Below are positions 29,652 through 39,788 of a stretch of DNA of 64,000 nt, one piece after another (the stretch's first letter is position 1; the number at the start of each line of letters is the position of its first letter). The position numbers were made by a program, and so were the translations under genes. This DNA is from an uncultured Gemmatimonadales bacterium (GTDB taxonomy: Bacteria; Gemmatimonadota; Gemmatimonadetes; Gemmatimonadales; GWC2-71-9): NCBI GenBank assembly GCA_963825055.1, contig CAWGSK010000012.1:96001-160000 (forward strand), given 5' to 3'. The notes beneath the pieces are model-generated. The model saw only the letters and a program-made list of their open reading frames with translations. It was not told the origin of the DNA and ran no database searches.

Positions 29652-30602
29652 ATGGCCTCAACCGTCTCCGGCGCTGCGGAGTCACGGGCATTTGTCCTTC
29701 AGAGCCCCTCTCAGGCCCGCATTGCCTTCGAGGCGCCGGCTGGCTGGGGCGAACGGCTCTTCCGGGCCCTTCTGCTGCTCGCCTGGATCGGCATCGCGTC
29801 CACCTGCCTGCTCTACGGTCTCGATTACTACCGCCTGCCCCTCGCGGCGCGGGCGGCGGCTCCGCTGCACGACCTGCTCAAGCCCTCGGGCCTGATCGGG
29901 CAGGGGTACGGTATCGTCGGCACCCTGTTCATCATCGCCGGCGTCGGCAGCTACTCGATTCGCAAGCGCATCCCCTGGCTCCGCAATCTGGGGACGCTGC
30001 ACCACTGGCTCCAGGTGCACGTGTTCCTGTGCACCATCGGTCCGTTCCTGGTCCTGCTGCACACGACCTTCCGTTTCGGCGGCATCGTGTCCATCGCGTT
30101 CTGGAGCATGACGGCGGTCGCCATCAGCGGTCTGTTCGGCCGCTTCGTGTACGCGCACATCCCCCGCACGATCCATGGCCAGTCCGTTACGCTGGACGCG
30201 GTCCGGGCGGCGCAGGAGGACCTTCAGCGCCGTATACGCGAGGCCTGGTCTGGCGAGGCCGATGTGCTCGCACTGCTCAAGCGCCCTCGCCGGGCGCCGC
30301 CGCGGAGCGTGCTCGTGGCCCTGGTGCTGGCCATGCGCTATGATCTGTCCCGCCGCTTCACGTTACGGCGGTTGCGGCACCGGCTCGACCGGAGCCGCCT
30401 GCCGGCCAATATGCAGAGCGAACTCCTGACGGCCGTGCGGGCGGAACTCGCGGTTGAGCAACAGATGCTGCTCCTGCAGCCGTTCCAGCGCCTGTTCCAC
30501 TGGTGGCACGTGTTCCACCTCCCGCTGACCGGGGTGATGTTCGTCGTCCTCACGGTGCATGTCGCGGTGGCGATCATGTTCGGGTACACCTGGATCTTCT
30601 AG
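29652..30602 (+). CDS. Inner-membrane protein with His-containing TM segments (putative heme b / quinone interaction)
   Basis: Multiple TM helices; WLQVHVFL, LLHTT, WWHVFHLPL, VHVAV. Confidence 0.7.
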   Translation: MASTVSGAAESRAFVLQSPSQARIAFEAPAGWGERLFRALLLLAWIGIASTCLLYGLDYYRLPLAARAAAPLHDLLKPSGLIGQGYGIVGTLFIIAGVGSYSIRKRIPWLRNLGTLHHWLQVHVFLCTIGPFLVLLHTTFRFGGIVSIAFWSMTAVAISGLFGRFVYAHIPRTIHGQSVTLDAVRAAQEDLQRRIREAWSGEADVLALLKRPRRAPPRSVLVALVLAMRYDLSRRFTLRRLRHRLDRSRLPANMQSELLTAVRAELAVEQQMLLLQPFQRLFHWWHVFHLPLTGVMFVVLTVHVAVAIMFGYTWIF

Positions 30603-32099
30603 GTGAACTCTCCGCTGCGCGGCCCCGGTGTCGTCCGGCTCCTGGTCGTCCTCCTCTGCTTTGTGGCGCTCCTGCCGCGGGGCGCGACGGCACAGATCAT
30701 CTCGCCCGGCAAGCTTGCGCAGGACCATGCGGCGCTGGAGGGGATCCGGAACTGCACGCAGTGTCACCAGCTCCGGCAGCGGGGGATCGACAATGCGAAG
30801 TGCCTCGAGTGCCACGCTCCGCTGAAGCGACGGATCGCCGAGCGGAAGGGGCTGCACGCCAGGTCGAGCGAGCGGAACTGTGCCGACTGCCACCGCGACC
30901 ACTTCGGGCAGGAGTTCGCCCTGGTCACCTTCGACACGGCCAAGTTCGACCACACCGATGCCGGATTCGAACTGGAAGGAGCGCACCATGATCTCGGCTG
31001 CCGGGACTGCCACGAACCGGGCCTGGTGCATGCGCCTGACGTCCGGGCATTTGCCTCTCGCCACGGCGGGCTCGACCGCACCTTCCTCGGCCTCGGGACG
31101 ACCTGCCGGACCTGCCACGAGTCGGATGACCCGCACGACGACCAGTTCGGCGACCGTGCCTGCACCGCCTGCCACACCCAGCAGGACTGGACTCCCGCAT
31201 CAGGCTTCGACCACGACCGCGCGAAGTACCGCCTCACCGGCGCTCACCGGAAGGTGGATTGCGCCGGCTGCCACCGCGACCAGGGCCGTGATCCCAGGCA
31301 TCCACGCGTGCGCTACACCGGCCTGGCCTCTGGTGCCTGCAGCGACTGCCACACCGACCCGCATGGCGGAGCGATGAGGGGCGCGTGCGCCACCTGTCAC
31401 GCCACCACCGGCTGGCGGCAGCTCGATCGCTCGGGGTTCGAGGGCCGGTTTGACCACAGCAGGACGGGCTTCATCCTGCGGGGCGCGCATGCGGGAGCCG
31501 ACTGCCGGGCGTGTCACACTCCCGCACGGGCGCCCCGGCCGGGCGTGCGGATCCGCTTCGTGGCCGGGGGTCGCTCGTCAACGTACCCGAAGCCTGTGGC
31601 GCGGGACTGCCTGAGCTGCCACGTGGACCGTCACCAGGGTGCCTTCAAGGATGTGGAGGGCGGGGCGGTGTGCACCAACTGCCATGGCGAGCGGAGCTGG
31701 CTGCCGTCGTCCTTCGATCTCGAGCGCCACAACCGGCCCGGTGGCTACGCCCTCACGGGCGCGCATCGCGCGGTCGCCTGCCAGGATTGCCACGTCCGGT
31801 CCGCGGACTCCACGGCGTGGACATGGCACATCACGGGGCAGGCGTGCGAGGACTGTCACGGCGCCCGTGAGCCGCATGCCGGCCAGTTTGCCGGACAGGC
31901 GTGCGCCGACTGCCACACGACAGCCACGTTCGCCATCGCCGGCTTCGACCACTCGAAGACGCGATATCCGCTCGACGGCGCGCACGTGAAGCTGCCCTGC
32001 GCCGACTGCCACCGGCAGGAGACGACGGCGGATGGGAAGACGTTCCGCCGCTACACGCCCCTCGGCACGGCCTGCCGGGACTGTCATGGAGGGACCTGA
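30603..32099 (+). CDS. Multiheme c-type cytochrome (17 CxxCH)
   Basis: Signal peptide (ATA|Q); 17 CxxCH counted; repeated FDH..F.L.GAH segments. Confidence 0.92.
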   Translation: MNSPLRGPGVVRLLVVLLCFVALLPRGATAQIISPGKLAQDHAALEGIRNCTQCHQLRQRGIDNAKCLECHAPLKRRIAERKGLHARSSERNCADCHRDHFGQEFALVTFDTAKFDHTDAGFELEGAHHDLGCRDCHEPGLVHAPDVRAFASRHGGLDRTFLGLGTTCRTCHESDDPHDDQFGDRACTACHTQQDWTPASGFDHDRAKYRLTGAHRKVDCAGCHRDQGRDPRHPRVRYTGLASGACSDCHTDPHGGAMRGACATCHATTGWRQLDRSGFEGRFDHSRTGFILRGAHAGADCRACHTPARAPRPGVRIRFVAGGRSSTYPKPVARDCLSCHVDRHQGAFKDVEGGAVCTNCHGERSWLPSSFDLERHNRPGGYALTGAHRAVACQDCHVRSADSTAWTWHITGQACEDCHGAREPHAGQFAGQACADCHTTATFAIAGFDHSKTRYPLDGAHVKLPCADCHRQETTADGKTFRRYTPLGTACRDCHGGT

Positions 32100-32100
32100 G

Positions 32101-33627
32101 ATGCGTCGAGCCCTGCTGTCGGTCCTTCTCGCGCTGCCGCTCGCGGCCGGCGCCCTCATGGCCCAGGCCGGTACGCCGAGCCCGCACGGCGACATGCGCG
32201 CGAACATCGACTGCAGTGCCTGTCACACACCACTGGTGTGGAAGCCGGTCAAGGCGGCCATGGAGTTCGACCATGCGCGTCAGGCTCAGTTCCCATTGAC
32301 CGGCCGGCATGCGGCGGTTCCCTGTGCCCGATGCCACCTGGACGCGCGTTTCGACGAGCCGAAGATCGCGCCGGACCAGTGTCGGGACTGCCACCTGGAC
32401 GTGCATCGCGGCCGCCTGCCCGACTGCGCCTCCTGCCACACCACGACGACCTTCCAGAGCGTGCCTGCCATCCAGGTGCACGCCCGCACGAGTTTCCCCC
32501 TCACCGGTGCACATCTCCAGGTGCCCTGCGAAAGTTGCCACACGGATGAGCGGCACGGGGCATACGCCCCGGTGGACGGGGATTGCGTCAGCTGCCACCT
32601 GCCCGATTACCAGGGGGCGCAGACGGTCGACCACGTCGCCGCCGGCTTCCCGACCACCTGCCGCCAGTGCCACTCGACGGTGGCCTGGACCGGCGGGGTG
32701 CCGTTTGACCACGTGTCGGTCTCGGGCGGATTCGTCCTGGCGGGCGCCCACGGCCAGCTCCGCTGCGCAAGCTGCCACGTCCCGCCGTCAGGCATGCTCA
32801 AGTTCGTGCCCCCGCCATCCAGTGCGAATGACTGCGTCGCCTGTCACCAGCAGGACTACAACCGACAGCACGCCGGCAGCGGGTTCCCCACGACCTGCGC
32901 CGACTGCCACAACGTGAATGCTTGGGACGATGCCCACTTCGACCACACGGCGGTCAGCGGCGGCTTTGCGCTGCTTGGTGCCCACCAGCGCACCAGCTGC
33001 GATGGCTGTCACATCCCGCCGTCGAATCAGCTCCGGTTCACGCCCTCGGGGCCGAATGACTGTATCGCCTGCCACCAGCAGGACTTCACCAATCAGCACG
33101 GCACGAGCGGCATTCCAACCACGTGCCTTGATTGTCATACCGTGGATACCTGGTCGGGCGCCACGTTCGATCACGCAGCCGTCGCGAACGGCTATGCCCT
33201 GGTCGGGGCCCACCAGCAGACCCCGTGCTCGGGTTGCCACATTCCCCCCGACAACCAGCTGCGGTTCACGCCGAGCAGCCAGAATGACTGCGCCGCGTGC
33301 CACCAGTCCGACTACGATGCCCAGCACGCCGGCAGCGGTTTCCCGCTGACCTGCCTCACCTGTCACACGGTGGACAGCTGGACCGGCGGGACGTTCACGA
33401 ATCATGACGCCCAGTTCTTCCCGATCTACTCCGGGAAACACAACGGGCAATGGGGCAACGACTGCTCGACCTGCCACAACGTCGCGGGCAACTACACCGC
33501 ATTTACGTGTCTCCAGTGCCACACGCACAACCAGACCGAGACGGATGGTCATCACAGCGGAATCTCGGGGTATGCCTATACCAGCACGGCCTGCTACTCG
33601 TGCCATGCGAACGGGAGGGTCAATTGA
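32101..33627 (+). CDS. Multiheme c-type cytochrome (19 CxxCH)
   Basis: Signal peptide from ATG 32101; 19 CxxCH counted; three-heme repeats. Confidence 0.92.
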   Translation: MRRALLSVLLALPLAAGALMAQAGTPSPHGDMRANIDCSACHTPLVWKPVKAAMEFDHARQAQFPLTGRHAAVPCARCHLDARFDEPKIAPDQCRDCHLDVHRGRLPDCASCHTTTTFQSVPAIQVHARTSFPLTGAHLQVPCESCHTDERHGAYAPVDGDCVSCHLPDYQGAQTVDHVAAGFPTTCRQCHSTVAWTGGVPFDHVSVSGGFVLAGAHGQLRCASCHVPPSGMLKFVPPPSSANDCVACHQQDYNRQHAGSGFPTTCADCHNVNAWDDAHFDHTAVSGGFALLGAHQRTSCDGCHIPPSNQLRFTPSGPNDCIACHQQDFTNQHGTSGIPTTCLDCHTVDTWSGATFDHAAVANGYALVGAHQQTPCSGCHIPPDNQLRFTPSSQNDCAACHQSDYDAQHAGSGFPLTCLTCHTVDSWTGGTFTNHDAQFFPIYSGKHNGQWGNDCSTCHNVAGNYTAFTCLQCHTHNQTETDGHHSGISGYAYTSTACYSCHANGRVN

Positions 33628-35177
33628 GGCGACCCCTCATTCCGGCGCTGCTGCTCGCCCTGCTGCCCGCGTCGCTCGGGGCCCAGGACAGTACCGTGAC
33701 GGCGACCGTCACGCAGATTGCCGGACAGGACGTCTACATCAACGCGGGAAGTGATGCCGGCCTTCACGTGAGTGACACCGTGACCGTGCGACGCGCGGCC
33801 GCCGGTCCTGTCCTGGGGCGGATGACGGTCTCCGCCGCAACCGGCAGCAGGGCGCTGCTCGGCTTTCTCGACGCACCGTTCCCGCTCACCCGTGGCGATG
33901 GGCTGTTCCTCGGGATTCACGGCGGGGTGGCCCCGGCGACCACGCCGGCCCCGGCACCTCCGCGAGTCGCGGCCACGTCTCGGCCCCGGACGGTGGCTCC
34001 GGGCGGGACCGTGGTTCACGGCCGTCTGCTGCTGGACGTCGATGGGAACCGCTCGACCACGCGCGGGTTCGGGTCGGACCCCGAGACCACGAGTCGGGAC
34101 TATGCGACCCCCTCGGCCGGGCTCCGGCTCCAGGTCACCCGGCTGCCGGGTAACATGGAGTTCAGCACGGACGTCCGTGCCCGCTACCGCTACACCAGCA
34201 ACGACATCATCACACCCGCCACCGCCGTCCGGGTGTACGAGGCCAGCCTGACCCGGCGGCTCCCCGGGTCGGGATTCCTCGTGCGTGCCGGCCGGTTCTA
34301 TGACCCGTACGAGTATTTCAGCGGCTACTGGGACGGCCTGATGGTGCACGCCGGCGATGAGGGCTTCGGCGTCGCCGCGCTGGCGGGCTTCGAGCCCGAC
34401 CGCGGCAACGAGGGGTTCAGCACCGACTACCCGAAGGCCAGCCTGGTGGCCCATGCGAGCCGGATCCGCGGGCGCTCCGGGATCCGGACCGATGTGTCGG
34501 TGCACCGCGTCATGCCGCGGGATTCCTCTCCCGACCATACATTCGCCGGCTGGTCGCAGGTCGCATGGACCGGCCGGCTTTCCTTCAGCCACAACCTGCA
34601 GGTGGACCGGAACCCGGCGAGCGGGAAATGGAACGTCACCCGCCTGCTGACCCGCCTGACCCTCCCGGTGGGCTCCTCGCTCACGCTGCGCGGCGGCTAT
34701 TCCATCCAGCAGCCCTACCGGCTGGGCACGACGTTCGGCGCCATCCCCTTCCGTCGGGATCGCGCCACGGCCGGGTTCGACGTCCGCCTGCCGGGAGCGA
34801 GCATCGGGGCAGACGTGAGCAAGGGCCACCAGGAGGGACTGGACGATACCTGGAGCTACTCTGGATCGGTGTACCGGTCACCGCGGGGCCAGCACGGCGT
34901 CGGGATCGGACTCACCGGTACCCGCTGGACGGAGACGGGGAGCAACGGCGTGCTGCTCGCACCGTCCTTGGACCGGCAGTTTGGACACTTCACGGTCCGG
35001 GGAGGGTACCAGTATTCCCGCACCGAGTTCGGCTCCCTCGTCCTCACTACCCATGCCGCCGACCTGGGCGGCACCGTTCCCCTGGGTGGGCGAACCGGGC
35101 TGACCCTCCGGGCCCGGTGGCAGAGCGGACAGCTCTCGAGCACCGGAGTGTACGCCGGCTTCTGGTACGGGTTCTGA
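33624..35177 (+). CDS. Outer-membrane beta-barrel (porin-like) protein
   Basis: TTG start after GGGAGGG; signal peptide SLGA|Q; alternating amphipathic strands; C-terminal YAGFWYGF. Confidence 0.75.
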   Translation: MRRPLIPALLLALLPASLGAQDSTVTATVTQIAGQDVYINAGSDAGLHVSDTVTVRRAAAGPVLGRMTVSAATGSRALLGFLDAPFPLTRGDGLFLGIHGGVAPATTPAPAPPRVAATSRPRTVAPGGTVVHGRLLLDVDGNRSTTRGFGSDPETTSRDYATPSAGLRLQVTRLPGNMEFSTDVRARYRYTSNDIITPATAVRVYEASLTRRLPGSGFLVRAGRFYDPYEYFSGYWDGLMVHAGDEGFGVAALAGFEPDRGNEGFSTDYPKASLVAHASRIRGRSGIRTDVSVHRVMPRDSSPDHTFAGWSQVAWTGRLSFSHNLQVDRNPASGKWNVTRLLTRLTLPVGSSLTLRGGYSIQQPYRLGTTFGAIPFRRDRATAGFDVRLPGASIGADVSKGHQEGLDDTWSYSGSVYRSPRGQHGVGIGLTGTRWTETGSNGVLLAPSLDRQFGHFTVRGGYQYSRTEFGSLVLTTHAADLGGTVPLGGRTGLTLRARWQSGQLSSTGVYAGFWYGF

Positions 35178-36490
35178 TGGACCAGGATACCCTGATTATC
35201 GGCGGTACGGCTGCGGGCCTCGTGCTCGTGGCCATCGCGCCGTTCTACCTCCGTACCCGGCGGCTCGAGCGTCGGGCGACACGCGCGGCCGTGGAGGCCG
35301 AACGCTACGGCCTGCACGAACCGGTGAGCCTGCATCCCGTGGTGCATGCCGGCGCGTGTATCGGTACCGGCGCCTGCATCGATGTCTGCCCGGAAGGGGA
35401 TGTCCTTGGACTGGTGCATGGGCAGGCGCGCCCCATTGCGCCGGCACGCTGCGTGGGACACGGTCTCTGCGAACGGGCCTGTCCCGTCGAGGCAATCCAG
35501 CTCGTGTTCGGGACCGCCACGCGCGGCGTCGAACTGCCACGGGTGCGGGCCGATTTCCAGACCAACGTGCCGGGTCTCTATGTGATCGGTGAGCTGGGGG
35601 GCATGGGCCTCATCCGCAATGCCTTCGAACAGGGGCGGCAGTGCGTCGACGGCATCGCGCGCGCGCCAAGGCCCGGCGGGGAGGACCTTGAAGTCCTGAT
35701 CGTGGGAGCGGGTCCCGCCGGACTCTCCGCCTCCCTCGCGTGCCGGGAACGGGGGCTGCGCTTTGCCACCATCGAGCGGGAGGATATCGGCGGGACCGTG
35801 CGCTCCTATCCCCGAAAGAAGGTCGTCATGACCCGGCCCTTCGACATCCCGGGCTGGGGGAAGATCCCCGCCTCCGAGGTGCCCAAGGAGCGCCTGATGG
35901 AGATCTGGAGCGAGGTGGTGGAGCGCACGGGCCTCAGCGTTACGACAGGGACGACCGTTCAGTCAGTGACCCGCCAGGATGACGGGCGGTTCACGGTGGA
36001 GACCTCGGGCGGCACCTGGCGGGCGCACCGGGTGGTGCTGGCGATCGGCCGGCGCGGCATTCCGCGCAAGCTCGGCGTACCCGGCGAGGAGCTGCCGAAG
36101 GTTTCCTACTCCCTCCTGGAGCCCGAAGCGTGGCAGGGCGACCGCATTGTCGTGGTCGGGGGCGGTGATTCCGCGGTGGAGGCGGCCCTGGCCCTGGCGG
36201 ACCAGCCGGGGAACCAGGTGACGGTCTCCTACCGGCGCGACCGCTTCAACCGGCTCAAGCCGGGCAACCTCGACCGCGTGGAGCACGCCATCAGCGATGG
36301 CACGGTCACGGTGCTCTGGGAAAGCCGGCTCGAGGCCATCGCCGCGGACCGGGTGACGTGGCAGGACAAGGCCGGTGCCCGGCACGAACTCCCGAACGAC
36401 CGCGTGTTCATATTTGCCGGCGGCGAACTCCCCAGCGGGTTCCTGAAGGACTGCGGAATCATCGTGGATACGAAGTTCGGGGAGGCGTGA
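35177..36490 (+). CDS. Membrane-anchored Fe-S / FAD-NAD(P)H oxidoreductase (thioredoxin-reductase-like)
   Basis: N-terminal TM; two ferredoxin-like motifs; VGAGPAG, AIGRRG, VVGGGDSA, SYRR. Confidence 0.85.
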   Translation: MDQDTLIIGGTAAGLVLVAIAPFYLRTRRLERRATRAAVEAERYGLHEPVSLHPVVHAGACIGTGACIDVCPEGDVLGLVHGQARPIAPARCVGHGLCERACPVEAIQLVFGTATRGVELPRVRADFQTNVPGLYVIGELGGMGLIRNAFEQGRQCVDGIARAPRPGGEDLEVLIVGAGPAGLSASLACRERGLRFATIEREDIGGTVRSYPRKKVVMTRPFDIPGWGKIPASEVPKERLMEIWSEVVERTGLSVTTGTTVQSVTRQDDGRFTVETSGGTWRAHRVVLAIGRRGIPRKLGVPGEELPKVSYSLLEPEAWQGDRIVVVGGGDSAVEAALALADQPGNQVTVSYRRDRFNRLKPGNLDRVEHAISDGTVTVLWESRLEAIAADRVTWQDKAGARHELPNDRVFIFAGGELPSGFLKDCGIIVDTKFGEA

Positions 36491-36494
36491 AGGC

Positions 36495-36547
36495 AGTCAC
36501 TAGCCACCAGCCACTAGTCACTAGTCACTAATCACTAGTCACTAATC
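36495..36547. repeat. Heptamer tandem repeat (AGTCACT)n
   Basis: About 7 degenerate copies between convergent genes. Confidence 0.85.
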
Positions 36548-38617
36548 CCGTACCCCACCTCCACCCCCACCCACACCGTCCGCCCCGGCCCGGGCTCGAA
36601 CACCCGGCCGCCAAAACCGTTTGGCGCGATCGAGGCGACGTAGTCCCGGTCAAAGAGGTTGTGCACTCCGGCAAAGGGCATCACCCGGGCTCCGCGCGAG
36701 TCGAGGCGCCAGGACATGCGGACGCCCGTGATGCCGGCGCCCCACCCATCGGAGGCAAGTGTGTTGTCGTCGTCGGCCGCCAGGCCGGACTGCATGGCGT
36801 GCGTGACGCCCAGCTCGAGGCGCTTCGAGCGGCCGCACGGTGAGGTCGAGCGTCAGGGCGTGCGTCGGCACACCCGGCAGGGTATTCCCGTCCAGCGTGT
36901 CGACCACACCGCCGATGTCCAGGCGATAGCGGGCGAACCGCGCCCGGTTCCAGCTGTAGGAGGCCCGCGCCTCCCAGCGCGGCCGCGCCGCGACCATCCC
37001 CAGTTCCACTCCGTCGGCATGCAGCGATCCGGCGTTGGTGAAGTACGCCCGTCCACCGGATTCCTCGAACGGCACCAGCGCGTCCCTGGTCCGGCCGAGG
37101 TAGCCGGTCGCCTCGTAGCTGAGCCAGCGCAGGGGGCGCCCCCGGACGCCGGCCTCCCACGTGACCGAGCGCTCGGGGCCCAGCTCCCCATTGAATCCGC
37201 CCGCGCCGCCCGGCTGGTTGGCAAGTTCCGTGGTGGTGGGCGTCTCGAAGGCGGTACCTGCCCGGACCCACGGCACCAGGGCGCGCGCGAGGTCCAGGCT
37301 CGCCCCGAGGCTCGCGCTCAGCGCGCCAAGGGTTCGGTGACCGCCGTCGTCGCCGTCGTCCAGGAAATGGTCCGTCACGCCGAAGGCGGTGCGGTCGTAT
37401 CGGAGCACGGCGTCCACCCTCCAGCCCGTCCACGGGTGAAGGTCCAGGGTGGTGAAGATGCCGAGGGCGGAGGTGGTCTCCCGCTGGTCGACCAGGAGAC
37501 TGTCGGTGGGAACGCCGCCGGTGCTCGCGTGATTGGTACGGTCGTCCCGCTGTCGCTGCCAGTCCACGCCGCCACCGAGGACGGTTCCCGCGCCGAGGAC
37601 GCGGTGGCCGGCCACCCGCACGCCGCCCACGAGTCGCGAAATCCCGACCAGCACATTGATGGGCAGCGGGTTGGCGAGGTCGCGGTGGAGGCCGAACACG
37701 GTGACGTCCGCCACGGCCTGATGCCGGTCGTTCCAGGACAGGGTGAATGCCGCCTGCTGCTGCGTCACGTCCTTGCCGGCATTGGTCGCGATGTTGCGCG
37801 CGGCCGCGGAATCACGGTTGAGGGCGAGTTCCCCGGTGGTGAGCGCCCCCGGGTTGTCGCCGCGCGGAGCGTCCACTACCGCCACCAGCGCGCGCAGACT
37901 TACCCGCGGCGACGCCTGCCACGCCGCGGAGGCCTGGAGCCTGGTCGCCTCCGACCTGCTGTGCTGCCGGAAGCCCCGGCTCGTAGCGCGTGATACGCCC
38001 AGTGCCACCTCCCCCTGCGCTCCCCTCGCGCCGACGAACAGTTGTGATCGCCAGAGGTCACCCGACCCGTACTGGCTGCGGAGCGAGGCCTCGTCGGGCG
38101 CCGCCGGCCTCCTGGTGGAGAGATTGATCACGCCGCCCGCCGCGTTGCCATAGAGGCCGCCGGTCCCGCCGCGGAGTACCTCGACGTTGCCGAGGAGGCC
38201 CCAGTCGATGTTGTTGAGCTGGCTCTGGCCATCGGGAAGGGTCTGGGGGACGCCGTCGAGCAGGATGGTCACGCCGCGAACGCCGAAGGTGGCCCGGGCA
38301 CCCGCGCCGCGAATCACTATGCGCTGGTCCAGGGAGGGGTTGAAGCGGTTGGAGACGATGATGCCGGGCAGCAGGGGCAGGACTTCGTCCGGACCCAGGC
38401 CGGGCCGGGACCGCATCGCCGCGGCGGCATCGAGCGTGGAGGCGGCCTGTGGGACGCGAAGCAGCGGGGCGGGCGTTCGGGTGATGGCGATGGAGTCCAG
38501 CATGATCGCCATGCTGTCACCCGGGACCTGGGCGACGGTCGCCGGGGGCCGGCCCGCGATGAGTGCCACCAGGAGGCAGGCAGGTCGCCAGGAGCGCAAT
38601 GCCCGTATGGGATTCAT
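36535..38617 (-). CDS. TonB-dependent receptor, frameshifted at about 36825
   Basis: IRG..LLDGVP, VEVLRG..LYGNAAGGVINL plug; NLFDRDY..PGPGRT C-terminus in a shifted frame. Confidence 0.88.
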
Positions 38618-38693
38618 GGTGCCGTAAGGTAGTATGACGCTGCCCGGTTCCAGCTTGAACCACCTCTGGCACCCGGGTACCTTTCGCCCCGCC

Positions 38694-39788
38694 ATGACCC
38701 CTGCTTCACGCTACGCCGCTCCCGACTTCACCGCGCCGCCGTTCGGCGGCGCGCCCGAGGCCCGGTTCGAGCCCGCCCCCGCCGACGGGGTGATGCCCGA
38801 GGGCTTCTTCTCCACCTCCAATCTTCCGACCTACGCGCAGGTGGACGGGGCGTGGGTCATGCCGGGTCGGCCCCGGATGGACTGCGTGCTGGTGCGGCGT
38901 CCCGCCGGTCTGGAGACGGTCGAACCGCGCCGGGTGCGAGCCGGCGAGCCGGTCGCCATGGGACTCGCCGAGGATGGCTCGGAGGGGATCTTCGTCCATG
39001 CGGCGGCGTTCCTGGCCGGCGCGAAGGGCCATGCAGAGTTCCAGTTCATGTCCACGGAGGTGAGCCGCGAGCGGCCCGTGAACTACGAGGAACTCGCCCG
39101 GCGCCTCGTGGAGGAGCGCGATGCCGGCGGCAATCTCGTGTGGGTCATCGGGCCGGCCCTGGTGCACAGCCGGGCCCGGCGGGACATGGAGTGGTTCATC
39201 GCCAATGGCTTCGTGCAGGCCGTGCTCGCGGGCAATGCCGTCGCCGTGCACGACATCGAAGCGGCCATCTTCGGCACGACCCTGGGCATGAGCAATACCG
39301 GACAGCCCACTTCGGGCGGCCACGGGCTCCACATGCGCGCGATCAACCAGGTGCGGGCTGCCGGTTCCATCGAGGCCGCCGTCGCGTCCGGGCTGGTCTC
39401 GAGCGGGATCATGCATGCGCTCGTGACGCACGAGGTGCCCTTCGTGCTCGCCGGATCGATCCGGGACGATGGTCCGCTGCCTGGTGTCATCCGGGACGTG
39501 CTCGAGGCACAGGACGCCATGCGGGAGTATACCGTGCAGGCCACGGGCGCCGTGCTCGTGGCCAGCGCGCTCCACGCGATCGCGGTGGGCAACATGCTGC
39601 CCGCGTTTCACACGCGGCGGGGGACGCCGGAGCCGCTGATGACCATCTGCGTCGACCAGACCGAGTTCGTGGTGAACAAGCTCAAGGACCGGGGCACCCA
39701 CCAGGCCTATGGGGTTGTCACCAACGCGCAGGACTTCATGCACGTGCTCCGCTCCTACGTGTCGCAGTGTTCCGGCGCGACGCGGTGA
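38694..39788 (+). CDS. LOR/SDH-domain (TIGR00300-like) protein, putative ornithine cyclodeaminase
   Basis: APADGV.PEGFFSTSN, GNAVAVHDIE, LAGSIRDDGPLP, LHAIAVGN, KLKDRG. Confidence 0.75.
   Translation: MTPASRYAAPDFTAPPFGGAPEARFEPAPADGVMPEGFFSTSNLPTYAQVDGAWVMPGRPRMDCVLVRRPAGLETVEPRRVRAGEPVAMGLAEDGSEGIFVHAAAFLAGAKGHAEFQFMSTEVSRERPVNYEELARRLVEERDAGGNLVWVIGPALVHSRARRDMEWFIANGFVQAVLAGNAVAVHDIEAAIFGTTLGMSNTGQPTSGGHGLHMRAINQVRAAGSIEAAVASGLVSSGIMHALVTHEVPFVLAGSIRDDGPLPGVIRDVLEAQDAMREYTVQATGAVLVASALHAIAVGNMLPAFHTRRGTPEPLMTICVDQTEFVVNKLKDRGTHQAYGVVTNAQDFMHVLRSYVSQCSGATR

Noticed and set aside
29412..36535. Cytochrome operon as a mobile island
   Set aside because: No integrase, transposase, tRNA or flanking direct repeats were seen, and the base composition looks similar to its surroundings.
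36495..36547. Possible CRISPR array
   Set aside because: The units are 7 bp with no spacers, and there are no cas genes in the window.
36810..36835. Programmed frameshift in the TonB receptor
   Set aside because: No slippery sequence is present; it matches the single-base insertion pattern seen elsewhere in the window.
38618..38693. Cobalamin riboswitch upstream of the TonB receptor
   Set aside because: The divergent spacer is only about 76 bp and has no B12-box motifs.
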